From an uncultured Bacteroidales bacterium (GTDB lineage Bacteria; Bacteroidota; Bacteroidia; Bacteroidales; UBA10428), in contig CAZWFM010000003.1 in NCBI GenBank assembly GCA_964633185.1, forward strand, positions 1 through 32,447: a stretch of 32,447 nucleotides of DNA, written 5' to 3'. Every line of letters starts with the position of its first letter. The first letter of the stretch is position 1. The position numbers and the translations under genes were made by a program. The notes below the pieces were generated by a model that worked only from the letters and a program-made list of their open reading frames with translations, had not been told where the DNA came from and ran no database searches. Positions 20,563 through 31,855 of this stretch are shown here, in pieces.

Positions 20563-22950
20563 ATGAAAATGAAAAATGTTTTAATCATTTTATCAATTGC
20601 TTTTTTTGTAAGTATTACGGGTAAGGCTCAATCATATCATTTAACGGATTATGGTTTAAAGGCAACGATCAATTCTATTAATATCGAAATTCAGTTCTAC
20701 AGCCCCTCGATAGTGAGGGTACTGAAATGGCCCGAAGGAACGACCTTCACAAAAGAAAGCCTATCAGTAGTTAAAAAGCCACAAAAAATTGTTTTCGAAA
20801 TTAAACAACAGGGTGACAAACTTTCTTTGGAAAGCGGGAGAATTGTAGCCATCGTAAACCTGAACAATGGTAAGATTTCGTATCTGACACCAAAGCTTGA
20901 GCCATTATTAATTGAAAAGGAAGCAGGTGCCCAGTTTACCCATTTCAACGATGCCGGCGTGAAAACATACAGTGTTGAACAAACATTTGTATTGGATACC
21001 GATGAGGCCATCTATGGATTAGGAATACAACAGAAAGGGAAAATGGTGCAACGTAACCTGGAACTGCGTATGATACAAAACAACACCGAAGACTTTATTC
21101 CCTTTTTCCAATCGGTTAAGGGGTATGGTTTATTTTGGGACAATTATTCACCGACCAATTTCAAGGATGACGACAAAGGCACAGCTTTCAAATCGGATGT
21201 TGGAGATGGAATTGATTACTATTTTGTGTATGGCGGCAATGCCGATGGGGTGATCGCTCATATGCGTGACCTAACCGGTCAGGCTCCCATGTTCCCTTTA
21301 TGGACTTATGGTTACTGGCAAAGCAAGGAGCGCTATAAAAATCAGGATGAAACAGTAGGAGTGGTTAAAAAATACCGCGAACTGGGCATTCCGCTCGATG
21401 GCATCATTCAGGACTGGCGATACTGGGGCAACAATTACCTGTGGAATGCCATGGAATTTCTCAATGAGGAATTTTACGATCCGAAAAAAATGGTTGATGA
21501 TGTACATAGTCTGAATGCCCACATGATCATATCTATTTGGAATTCCTTTGGTCCCCATACAAAACCTTACCGGGAATTAGACAGCATAGATGCTCTGTTA
21601 AATTTTAAAACATGGCCTGAATCAGGTTCCTTTAAATGGCCGCCAAATCGCGATTATCCCTCAGGTGTAAGAGTATATGATGCCTATAATCCCGTTGCCC
21701 GCGATATCTACTGGAAGTACCTGAATGCCGGTATCTTTTCACTAGGCATGGACGGGTGGTGGATGGATTCTTCAGAACCTGACCATTTAGACTGGAAACC
21801 ATCCGATTTCGATAATAAAACTTATCTTGGATCATTCCGTAAAGTTCGAAATGCCTTCCCCCTGATGACAGTTGGAGGAGTATATAACCACCAGCGGAAA
21901 GTAACTTCCGATAAACGTGTGTTTATCCTGACTCGTTCGGCATTTGCAGGTCAGCAACGCTACGGAGCCAATACATGGTCGGGCGATGTGGTAGCATCAT
22001 GGGATGCCTTAAGAAACCAAATTTCAGGGGGATTAAACTTTTCCCTCTGTGGTATCCCTTATTGGAATAGCGATATCGGTGGTTTTTTCCTGTGGAATTT
22101 TGAAAAGAAGCTTGATGATCCGGAATACCGTGAACTATATGCCCGTTGGTTACAGTTTGGTGCTTTCTGCCCGATGATGCGCTCACACGGAACTGATGCT
22201 CCTCGTGAAATTTACCAGTTTGGAAAGAAGGGAGATGAGGTATACGATGCTATTGAAAAATACATTAAGCTGCGATACAGGTTGTTGCCTTATATCTACA
22301 GCACTTCGTGGGATGTTACTGTTAATCAGTCGAGTATGACTCGTGCCCTGATGATGGATTTCGCTGACGACATACGTGCCCTGGACATCAACGATGAGTA
22401 CATGTTCGGGAAATCGATCCTGGTTTGTCCGGTAACGGAAGCTATGTATTCGAAGGATTCTAAAGAAGATTTCAGCACCATTAAATTAAAAGAGGTGTAC
22501 CTTCCTGCAGGTACCGAATGGTATGACTTCTGGACAGGAGAGAAACTTAAAGGCGGGCAAACCATAAGCAGGGAAACTCGAATTGATATCATGCCCTTAT
22601 ACGTCAAGGCTGGCTCTATCCTGCCGGTTGGACCCAAAGTACAATTTGCGACTGAAAAGAAATGGGATAAGCTTGAAATTTGCATATATGAGGGGGTTGA
22701 TGGTAAGTTCACGCTGTATGAAGATGAAAACGACAATTATAACTATGAGAAAGGGATATATTCAACCATTTCCTTTATATGGAACGATTCTGAGAAAACA
22801 CTTACAATAAGCGATCGAAATGGTTCTTTCCCAGGGATGCTCAGTGAACGAAAATTCAATATCATTCGAATTGCCCGGGAGGAAGAAGTAAAAAATATGA
22901 ATAGTAAACAGATAACCTATTATGGAAAGAAAGTAGTGGTTAAGCTTTAG
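20563..22950 (+). CDS. Glycoside hydrolase family 31 (alpha-xylosidase/alpha-glucosidase clade), secreted
   Basis: ATG 20563 gives the signal peptide MKMKNVLIILSIAFFVSITGKAQS; the track start at 20539 adds 8 polar residues. GH31 motifs: KGYGLFWDNYSPT, PLWTYGYWQSKERY, DGIIQDWRYWG, DGWWMDSSEPD, FILTRSAFAGQQRYGANTWSGDV, WLQFGAFCPMMRSHG. Confidence 0.88.
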   Translation: MKMKNVLIILSIAFFVSITGKAQSYHLTDYGLKATINSINIEIQFYSPSIVRVLKWPEGTTFTKESLSVVKKPQKIVFEIKQQGDKLSLESGRIVAIVNLNNGKISYLTPKLEPLLIEKEAGAQFTHFNDAGVKTYSVEQTFVLDTDEAIYGLGIQQKGKMVQRNLELRMIQNNTEDFIPFFQSVKGYGLFWDNYSPTNFKDDDKGTAFKSDVGDGIDYYFVYGGNADGVIAHMRDLTGQAPMFPLWTYGYWQSKERYKNQDETVGVVKKYRELGIPLDGIIQDWRYWGNNYLWNAMEFLNEEFYDPKKMVDDVHSLNAHMIISIWNSFGPHTKPYRELDSIDALLNFKTWPESGSFKWPPNRDYPSGVRVYDAYNPVARDIYWKYLNAGIFSLGMDGWWMDSSEPDHLDWKPSDFDNKTYLGSFRKVRNAFPLMTVGGVYNHQRKVTSDKRVFILTRSAFAGQQRYGANTWSGDVVASWDALRNQISGGLNFSLCGIPYWNSDIGGFFLWNFEKKLDDPEYRELYARWLQFGAFCPMMRSHGTDAPREIYQFGKKGDEVYDAIEKYIKLRYRLLPYIYSTSWDVTVNQSSMTRALMMDFADDIRALDINDEYMFGKSILVCPVTEAMYSKDSKEDFSTIKLKEVYLPAGTEWYDFWTGEKLKGGQTISRETRIDIMPLYVKAGSILPVGPKVQFATEKKWDKLEICIYEGVDGKFTLYEDENDNYNYEKGIYSTISFIWNDSEKTLTISDRNGSFPGMLSERKFNIIRIAREEEVKNMNSKQITYYGKKVVVKL

Positions 22951-22999
22951 CTCTAACCCGATTTTAATTAATATTTGGATAAAAATATACTGACAACGC

Positions 23000-24037
23000 A
23001 TGAGATATTCAACTCTAGGAAAAACAGGAATAAAGATACCTGAAATTATCTTTGGCACAAGTGCTTTAGGAAACCTTTTCCAGGCAAATAAATATGAAAC
23101 AAAATTTGAAATTGTTCGTGAATGCTTCAATAATGTTAAATATCCTGTTTTTGACAGTGCCGGGAAATATGGAGCGGGTTTAGCCCTGGAATCTCTGGGG
23201 AAATGTTTGCACAATCTGGATGTTAATCCGGAAGATGTTATCATAAGTAACAAATTAGGTTGGTTACGCACCGAATGTAAAAGCAAGGAGCCTGCGTTTG
23301 AGCAAGGTATTTGGTTCGACCTGAAACATGATGCAATCCAGAAAATAAGTTATAAGGGTATTATCTCATGCTACGAACAGGGAAATGACTTGTTAGGAGG
23401 GACGTACTTCCCTCAGCTATTATCGGTACATGATCCGGATGAATATATTAATCAGGGTAATGATATACACGAGAAAGAGAAACTTTTTACTGATATACTT
23501 GATGCTTACAAAGCACTGGAGGATCTTAAGAATCAGGGTAAGGCAAAAGCAATTGGTATTGGAGCAAAAGACTGGACAGTTATTCAGAAAGTGGCTGAAC
23601 GTGTTGAGCTCGACTGGGTCATGTTTGCCAATAGCCTGACCATAATGAACCATCCGCTGGAATTGATTAAGTTCATAGATGAACTTTTTAAAAAGGGAGT
23701 TACAATCATTAATTCAGCTGTTTTTCAATCTGGGTTTTTAACCGGAAGTGATTATTATGATTACAAACTGATTACCCCGGAAACTGATCGCCAAAAATTT
23801 GAATGGCGTGAATCATTCTATGCAATTTGTGAAAAGTTCAAGATTAAACCCTCTGTTGCTTGCGTAAATTTTGGAATGACTCCTCCTGGAGTGGCGGCTA
23901 TTTCACTAAACACATCAAATCCTTGTCGTATAAAAGAAAATGTTGAATCAGTTATCGCTAAGGTTCCGAAAGAGTTTTATACTGAAATGATTAAAACTGG
24001 ATTGATTAGTACAGACTATCCCTATCTCGAATTATAG
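23000..24037 (+). CDS. Aldo-keto reductase, candidate L-galactose/L-fucose 1-dehydrogenase (cytoplasmic)
   Basis: 345 aa with no signal peptide. AKR N-terminus MRYSTLGKTGIKIPEIIFGTSALGNLF and an FDSAGKYGAG motif. Context: followed by permease remnant, mutarotase, lactonase and Zn-dehydrogenase genes. Confidence 0.75.
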   Translation: MRYSTLGKTGIKIPEIIFGTSALGNLFQANKYETKFEIVRECFNNVKYPVFDSAGKYGAGLALESLGKCLHNLDVNPEDVIISNKLGWLRTECKSKEPAFEQGIWFDLKHDAIQKISYKGIISCYEQGNDLLGGTYFPQLLSVHDPDEYINQGNDIHEKEKLFTDILDAYKALEDLKNQGKAKAIGIGAKDWTVIQKVAERVELDWVMFANSLTIMNHPLELIKFIDELFKKGVTIINSAVFQSGFLTGSDYYDYKLITPETDRQKFEWRESFYAICEKFKIKPSVACVNFGMTPPGVAAISLNTSNPCRIKENVESVIAKVPKEFYTEMIKTGLISTDYPYLEL

Positions 24038-24086
24038 TTCAATCAATATACATACTAACATCAAGCAATAAATAATCTTTAAATCT

Positions 24087-24393
24087 ATGTCAAAACAAAA
24101 ACTAACTACTAAAGAATATGTTGTGCCATTTACCCTGATTAGCTCACTGTTTTTCTTTATGTCTATCATGTTTCCTTCAATATTTGCTCTGGGAATTAAA
24201 GATTTGGGACCAAAAACAAAAAAAGCGTCGTCAATCATTGTAATGTCAATTGTGGGAGGTGCATTATTTCCACCTGTAATGGGCTGGATTGCAAATATTT
24301 CGAGTATGTTAGTTGGTTTTTACGCACCAATACCTTTTTTTTGTGTTCATCCTCTTCTATGCCCTCTCAGGTTACAAAATAATTTCTAGCTGA
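24087..24393 (+). pseudogene. fucP: L-fucose:H+ symporter (FucP, MFS) remnant with an internal in-frame deletion of about 10 TM helices plus a frameshift in a T8 run
   Basis: The N-terminus YVVPFTLISSLFFF aligns to E. coli FucP YIIPFALLCSLFFLW. It is joined directly to FMSIMFPSIFALGIKDLGPKTKKASSIIVMSIVGGALFPPVMGWIAN, which aligns to the FucP C-terminus FMSIQYPTIFSLGIKNLGQDTKYGSSFIVMTIIGGGIVTPVMGFVSD. After the T8 run (24335-24342) the -1 frame reads FFVFILFYALSGYKIISS* (TGA 24391-24393), which looks like the native C-terminal helix. Confidence 0.75.
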
Positions 24394-24417
24394 TAGTTAC
24401 TTTAATTACATAAACCC

Positions 24418-24789
24418 ATGGAATACAAAGAAAAAACATCTTATACCACATTCAAGCGATTCTGTAAGACCCTTGAATTACAAAACGATCCTGAGTTAAT
24501 TGCTGCTTACAAAAAAGCACACGGAAAAGGTAAGGCCTGGCCTGAAATTACCCAGGGCATTCGTGAAGTTGGGATTTTGGACATGGAAATTTATTTGGCC
24601 GGAACCCAACTTTTTATGATCATGGATACTGTTCCGGACTTTGATCATGATAAGGCTATGAACGAATTGGCTGAGAAACCTCGTCAATCAGAATGGGAAG
24701 CTTATATGGCCAAGTTTCAAAATTCATCGGCTGATGCTTCAGCCGATGAAAAATGGCGATTGATAGAACGAATATTCAAACTATATTAA
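24418..24789 (+). CDS. RhaM-family (L-rhamnose mutarotase-like) sugar mutarotase
   Basis: 123 aa, cytoplasmic. The RhaM-type pattern is ...ELIAAYKKAHGKGKAWPEITQGIREVGILDMEIYLAGTQLFMIMDT...W.RIF. Confidence 0.7.
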   Translation: MEYKEKTSYTTFKRFCKTLELQNDPELIAAYKKAHGKGKAWPEITQGIREVGILDMEIYLAGTQLFMIMDTVPDFDHDKAMNELAEKPRQSEWEAYMAKFQNSSADASADEKWRLIERIFKLY

Positions 24790-24800
24790 AATTGCTGAAA

Positions 24801-25634
24801 ATGAAAATTGACAGTCACCAGCATTTTTGGATGTTTAACCCAACTAAATTTGAATGGATTTCCAATGAAATGGAAATTCTTAAAGAGAACTACTTGCCGG
24901 ATAAGTTGAAACCGGAGCTTTCTTCAATTAGATTTGATGGTTCGATAGCAGTACAGGCGCGTCAATCCATGGAGGAGACCCAATGGCTACTTTTCCTGGC
25001 TGAACAGAACAACTTTATCAAAGGTGTGGTTGGTTGGCTCGATTTATGCTCATCAAAGTTAGAAGAACAATTAATTCAATTTTCCCAACATCCGAAACTG
25101 GTTGGAGTCCGGCATGTAATTCATGATGAAAAGGATGATAATTTTATACTTAGAAAGGATTTCAGGGAGGGAATTGCACATTTGAAAAAATTCGGATTAA
25201 GCTATGATATTCTTATTTTCCCACGACATCTGCCCAATACCATTCAGTTTGTTAGTCAATTCCCCGAACAGGTTTTTATTTTAGATCATATTGCAAAGCC
25301 TGATATAAAGAATAAAGAAATATCAGAGTGGAAAGAGAATATTGAAAAGCTTGCAAATCATCAGAATGTATTTTGCAAATTATCCGGAATGATCACCGAA
25401 GCCGACTGGAATGATTGGAAACCTGAAGATATTATCCCCTATCTCGATGCTGTATTTATTGCTTTTGGCCCTGAACGTTTGATGATTGGTTCGGATTGGC
25501 CAGTATGCCGGGTTGCTGGAAAGTATAAACAGGTTATGGAGGTGGTATTGGAGTATATAAAAAAATTTCCTGAATCTGATAGAAATAAAATTCTTGGTGA
25601 GAACGCAATTAGCGTATATCAGCTTAGATTATAA
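24801..25634 (+). CDS. Amidohydrolase-superfamily sugar lactonase (L-fucono/L-galactono-1,5-lactonase type)
   Basis: I prefer ATG 24801 (MKIDSHQHFWMFNP...), because the track start at 24753 overlaps the mutarotase gene. Pattern typical of this lactonase group: IDSHQHFW, VQARQS..ET.WLL, GVVGWLDL, GVRHVIHDE, ILDHIAKPDI, FCKLSGMITEA. Confidence 0.8.
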   Translation: MKIDSHQHFWMFNPTKFEWISNEMEILKENYLPDKLKPELSSIRFDGSIAVQARQSMEETQWLLFLAEQNNFIKGVVGWLDLCSSKLEEQLIQFSQHPKLVGVRHVIHDEKDDNFILRKDFREGIAHLKKFGLSYDILIFPRHLPNTIQFVSQFPEQVFILDHIAKPDIKNKEISEWKENIEKLANHQNVFCKLSGMITEADWNDWKPEDIIPYLDAVFIAFGPERLMIGSDWPVCRVAGKYKQVMEVVLEYIKKFPESDRNKILGENAISVYQLRL

Positions 25635-25699
25635 AAGTACTTCTTTACTCTAAAAGGAAATTCAAAGAATAATGGGTAAAATATCTAATTCTATAATAA

Positions 25700-26719
25700 A
25701 TGAAAGCATTTGCTATCACCTGTGAAAAAACAATTCAAGCAGTTGAAATAGAAGAACCTTTTCTTGATTCAAATGAGATATTGCTGGAGGTACATTATAT
25801 CGGGTTATGCGGAAGCGATCTAAATGCTTACCGCGGACTAATGCCACTTGTGACTCTACCCAGGGTTCCAGGACATGAAATAAGTGGTATTATCCTCGAT
25901 AAGGGAACCCGGGTTCCTAATTCTTTTAAAATTGGTGACAAAGCAACAGTTTCTCCATATACGAACTGTGGTCTTTGCCCTGCATGTCGTGCCGGGCGCA
26001 CCAATACCTGCGAGTTTAATCAAACTCTGGGAGTTCAACGGGAAGGAGCTTTAACAAAAAAGATCCGTATACCATTCAACAAAGTTTATACAAATGATAG
26101 GCTCTCTTTACAGGAGTTAGTTCTGGTTGAACCCCTAAGTGTTGGATATCATGGTGCGAATCGTGGTGAAGTATGTGAAACGGATACGATGTTACTTATT
26201 GGGTGTGGTACAATTGGAATGGGTGCTCTGTGCGCTGCCGTGCGGAAAGGTGCCAATGTAATAGCATTGGATATTGATGATAGAAAATTGGATATTGCAA
26301 AAAAATTTGGCGCTTCTAATGTGATAAATAGCAACAAGGGAAATGCACTTTCCAGAATTATGGAGTTAACCAATAATGAAGGTGTAAATGTTGTGGTAGA
26401 GGCAGCGGGTAATCCGGCAACTTTTGTATTAGCTCTTGAAGCAGTTTCTTTCGCCGGAAGGGTTGTATCCATTGGTTATTCGAAAGAAAATGTAAATTTC
26501 AATTCCCAGTTAATTGTCCGCAAGGAGCTTAATCTATATGGCTCACGTAATGCGCTTCGGGTTTTTCCCTCTGTAATCCAAATGTTCGAACGAAAAGAAA
26601 AACCCTATTTAGACTTGATAACAAAAATCTATCCCTTTAACCAGGCTCCGGAGGCATTTAATTTCTGGGATGAGAACTCGCGGAGTGTATCTAAGATTTT
26701 AATAGATGTAAAAGGGTAA
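25700..26719 (+). CDS. Zn-dependent medium-chain dehydrogenase (candidate L-galactonate 5-dehydrogenase type)
   Basis: 339 aa. MDR motifs: GLCGSDLNAYRG, PGHEISG, the structural-Zn Cys cluster CGLCPACRAGRTNTC, and the Rossmann motif LLIGCGTIGMGA. Confidence 0.8.
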   Translation: MKAFAITCEKTIQAVEIEEPFLDSNEILLEVHYIGLCGSDLNAYRGLMPLVTLPRVPGHEISGIILDKGTRVPNSFKIGDKATVSPYTNCGLCPACRAGRTNTCEFNQTLGVQREGALTKKIRIPFNKVYTNDRLSLQELVLVEPLSVGYHGANRGEVCETDTMLLIGCGTIGMGALCAAVRKGANVIALDIDDRKLDIAKKFGASNVINSNKGNALSRIMELTNNEGVNVVVEAAGNPATFVLALEAVSFAGRVVSIGYSKENVNFNSQLIVRKELNLYGSRNALRVFPSVIQMFERKEKPYLDLITKIYPFNQAPEAFNFWDENSRSVSKILIDVKG

Positions 26720-26739
26720 ATCTAACTAAATTCAAAAAT

Positions 26740-29355
26740 ATGAGAATTATATACATAGTATTAATTAGTCTTTTTCCTCTTTTTATCCAGGGGCAGTCAT
26801 TTAAAAGCTTCAATCAGACATCGGAAAATGTAAATGTAACTTTGGCCGATGGGATACTTAGTATTATTCCTCTGACCGATAATGCAATAAGGATCAAATA
26901 TTTCCTTTATACGGAGGAAAGTTTACCTGAGCTAATACTTTCTTCTGAAACACTTGTGCCGAAGTTTCAAGTATCTGAAGTTTCATCAAAACTTGAAGTA
27001 AAAGGAAAAAATATCAGTGTTTTAGTGGATAAAAGGAGCGGTAAATTAGCCTTTGCCGATTCAGCCGGAAAAATTTTCTTATCTGAACTGGCTGACACAC
27101 GAAAATTATTACAGGACTCTGTAATGGGAGAGAAATGCTACCAGGCAGAACAAAGTTTTAATTCGCCTGATGGCGAATACATATTTGGCCTGGGTCAGTT
27201 TCAGGATGGGCATTTTAACCTAAAAGGTGTAAGCCGTCGATTAACCCAGGTTAATTCGCAAATTTCTATACCATTTATTTATTCCAGTGAGGGATATGGC
27301 CTGTTATGGCATCAGTACGGACTTACCGATTTCAATCCGGCCGACAATTTTATTGGACTGAAAAAGCAAGAGCAACAAACAGGAAACGATAATTTGGTAG
27401 AAGTTACCACTACATCCGGAATCCATAAAGTGCCTCAAAACCAGTCGCTCTATTCCGGGAAGTTTACGGTAACGGAAGATGGGGAATATTCCATATTTCT
27501 TGATTTGGGGGACATGGGAAACAGGCACTTTGTAGTAATTGACGGAAAGCCCTGTCTTGATCAGAGCAATATATGGCTACCTCCGACTGCGGGTGCTCTC
27601 TTAAACCTTAAAGCAGGCGAACATGAGGTGCAGATTATTTGCAAATCCGATAACACACCCACTTTGTCGTGGAAACAAATAGATAACACAACTACATTCC
27701 GATCACCCCACTCAAAAATGATCGATTATGTTGTTTTTTATGGTCCCTCAGCCGATGGCGTAATTGCCTCCTATCGCAAACTCTCTGGAAATGCCCCCTT
27801 GCTTCCTGAGTGGGCATATGGTTTCTGGCAATGCCGTGAACGCTACACTTCCGGTACACATTTGGTTGAAACAGTCGAAGAATTCCGTAAAAGAAAACTT
27901 CCAATGGATGTAATAGTGCAAGACTGGCAATACTGGGGTGATAACGGTTGGGGTGTTCCCCAGTTTGATGAAACCAATTATTCCAATCCGGCTGGTTTCA
28001 TCAAGGAAATACATGATTTAAATGCACATTTAAGCATTTCAATTTGGTCAAACCCTGATAAGAATTCTGAAATTGGGCAGAAATACATGACAAAAAACCT
28101 GTACATACCCAACAGTAAGTGGTTGGATTATTATAATCCTGAAACAAGAAAAGAATACTGGAATACCCTTAAAGAAAACTTGTTTGATTATGGTGTTGAT
28201 TCATGGTGGATGGATGCTACCGAACCCGAGAATGATGACCTTACCGGAAAACAAACTTACATCGGACCTGGCGATTTTTACCGGCTTACCTATCCGCTTT
28301 TTGTAAGTAAAGCTGTTTATGAAGGGCAACGCAATGCCAATCCGGATAAAAGAGTATGTATACTAACACGCTCGGCTTTTGCCGGTCAGCAACGATTTGG
28401 GACTATCAACTGGTCGGGTGATATTGGTGGTACCTGGGATGCCTATAGGCACCAAATTGTATCAGGTCTGAACTATGCTCTGACTGGAATGCCCTACTGG
28501 ACAACTGATATTGGCGGTTTCTTCCGACCAGGTTCTTCGCAGTATACCGATGAGAAATACCACGATCTACTAACCCGCTGGTTCCAATGGGGCGCTTTCA
28601 ATCCCATATTCCGGATTCATGGATATCAATCGGAGACGGAACCTTGGAAATACGGACAAAAGTTAGAGGGCAATATACGCAGTATATTAGACCTTCGGTA
28701 CCGCTTGTTGCCCTATATATATTCCGAAGCGTGGCAGGTTTCTAAAAATGGATCAACCATGATGCGTCCGTTGGTGATGGACTTTAATAACGATACCAAA
28801 GCGATAAGCCAGCCTTTTGAATATATGTTTGGTAAAGCATTCCTGGTGGCACCTATTACAGAACCAAATGTGGCTGAAAGAGAGGTTTACCTTCCGGATA
28901 TGGCTACCTGGTACAATTTCTGGACCGGCGAACGGCTTGAAGGCGGGCAATTAATAAATACTGCTGCACCTCTGGATAAAATTCCTTTATTTGTTAAAGC
29001 CGGGTCTATTATTCCAATGGGCAAGTTTATTCAATATACCGGACAAAAATCAGCCGATACACTAGAAATAAGGATATATCAGGGAGCTGACTGCAGCTTC
29101 GATTTATATGAAGACGAAGGGGATAACTATAACTATGAGAATGGAAATTATGCTTTGATAAGATTTAATTGGGTCGACCAAAATAAAACCTTAACCATCG
29201 AGGAAAGAAACGGAACATTTCCGGGGATACTCAAGGACCGTATTTTCAATATTCTGTTGGTCAGTGATAATAGAGGAACAGGAGTAGATATTTCCTCAAG
29301 CAAAGATCAGATGATCAATTATTCAGGAACGGAAAAAGTGATAGTTCTGAAATAG
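26740..29355 (+). CDS. Glycoside hydrolase family 31 with a PA14-like insertion (alpha-xylosidase architecture), secreted
   Basis: 871 aa with a signal peptide. GH31 motifs: EGYGLLWHQYGLT, PEWAYGFWQCRERY, DVIVQDWQYWG, DSWWMDATEPE, ILTRSAFAGQQRFGTINWSGDI, WFQWGAFNPIFRIHG. An insertion of about 120 aa (nt about 27337-27699) reads YSGKFTVTEDGEYSIFLDLGD...VVIDGKPCLD...LNLKAGEHEVQIIC...LSW, like the PA14 insert of characterised alpha-xylosidases. Confidence 0.85.
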   Translation: MRIIYIVLISLFPLFIQGQSFKSFNQTSENVNVTLADGILSIIPLTDNAIRIKYFLYTEESLPELILSSETLVPKFQVSEVSSKLEVKGKNISVLVDKRSGKLAFADSAGKIFLSELADTRKLLQDSVMGEKCYQAEQSFNSPDGEYIFGLGQFQDGHFNLKGVSRRLTQVNSQISIPFIYSSEGYGLLWHQYGLTDFNPADNFIGLKKQEQQTGNDNLVEVTTTSGIHKVPQNQSLYSGKFTVTEDGEYSIFLDLGDMGNRHFVVIDGKPCLDQSNIWLPPTAGALLNLKAGEHEVQIICKSDNTPTLSWKQIDNTTTFRSPHSKMIDYVVFYGPSADGVIASYRKLSGNAPLLPEWAYGFWQCRERYTSGTHLVETVEEFRKRKLPMDVIVQDWQYWGDNGWGVPQFDETNYSNPAGFIKEIHDLNAHLSISIWSNPDKNSEIGQKYMTKNLYIPNSKWLDYYNPETRKEYWNTLKENLFDYGVDSWWMDATEPENDDLTGKQTYIGPGDFYRLTYPLFVSKAVYEGQRNANPDKRVCILTRSAFAGQQRFGTINWSGDIGGTWDAYRHQIVSGLNYALTGMPYWTTDIGGFFRPGSSQYTDEKYHDLLTRWFQWGAFNPIFRIHGYQSETEPWKYGQKLEGNIRSILDLRYRLLPYIYSEAWQVSKNGSTMMRPLVMDFNNDTKAISQPFEYMFGKAFLVAPITEPNVAEREVYLPDMATWYNFWTGERLEGGQLINTAAPLDKIPLFVKAGSIIPMGKFIQYTGQKSADTLEIRIYQGADCSFDLYEDEGDNYNYENGNYALIRFNWVDQNKTLTIEERNGTFPGILKDRIFNILLVSDNRGTGVDISSSKDQMINYSGTEKVIVLK

Positions 29356-29421
29356 ATCTCTTTTTTTAATAATGGAACTTTAAGATCCACACTGAATAAA
29401 TTTAGTATTGTAATCTCATAA

Positions 29422-31419
<1,998 letters not shown>

Positions 31420-31474
31420 TTTTTAAACGTCTTAGATATGTAAGCAATTTTAATAAATCTAATCCACTAAAATT

Positions 31475-31855
31475 ATGAAACCACTGCATTCTCTTTTCTT
31501 ATTATTCATTGGATTAACTACAAATTGTAGCTTTTCTCAAATTGATACAATCCTTTATTTTGGACAAGAACCTCCGGGTGATTCAGCAATTGTTTTCGCT
31601 CCTGATTCAATATCTTTAACTAATAGGAAAGAACTAAAAATCACCTTTTCACCCGACGGACAAGAATGCTTTATCGGAACAGTTGTCAGTGATACATTTA
31701 GGTTATTACATTCATCTATAATTGAGAATCAATGGACTGTTCCAATTCCAATTGATTTCCCTAATACATCATTTGAACGGGAGCCTATGATTTCACCCGA
31801 TTATAACCAGTTGTTTTTTACTGCTCCGCAGTTGTCTTATCCTGAAACAGGTTGA
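31475..31855 (+). CDS. Short secreted ORF resembling the N-terminus of a PD40/TolB-like beta-propeller protein (probably truncated)
   Basis: 126 aa with a signal peptide (LLFIGLTTNCSFSQ). FAPDSIS...ELKITFSPDGQECFIG and REPMISPDYNQLFFT resemble PD40-type repeats. It ends in TGA with no propeller-length continuation in any frame. Confidence 0.35.
   Translation: MKPLHSLFLLFIGLTTNCSFSQIDTILYFGQEPPGDSAIVFAPDSISLTNRKELKITFSPDGQECFIGTVVSDTFRLLHSSIIENQWTVPIPIDFPNTSFEREPMISPDYNQLFFTAPQLSYPETG

Noticed and set aside
22762-23286. 174-aa minus-strand ORF spanning the GH31 3' end and the AKR 5' end
   Set aside because: It overlaps two well-supported plus-strand genes and their spacer and has no family features. 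This is typical of a shadow ORF.
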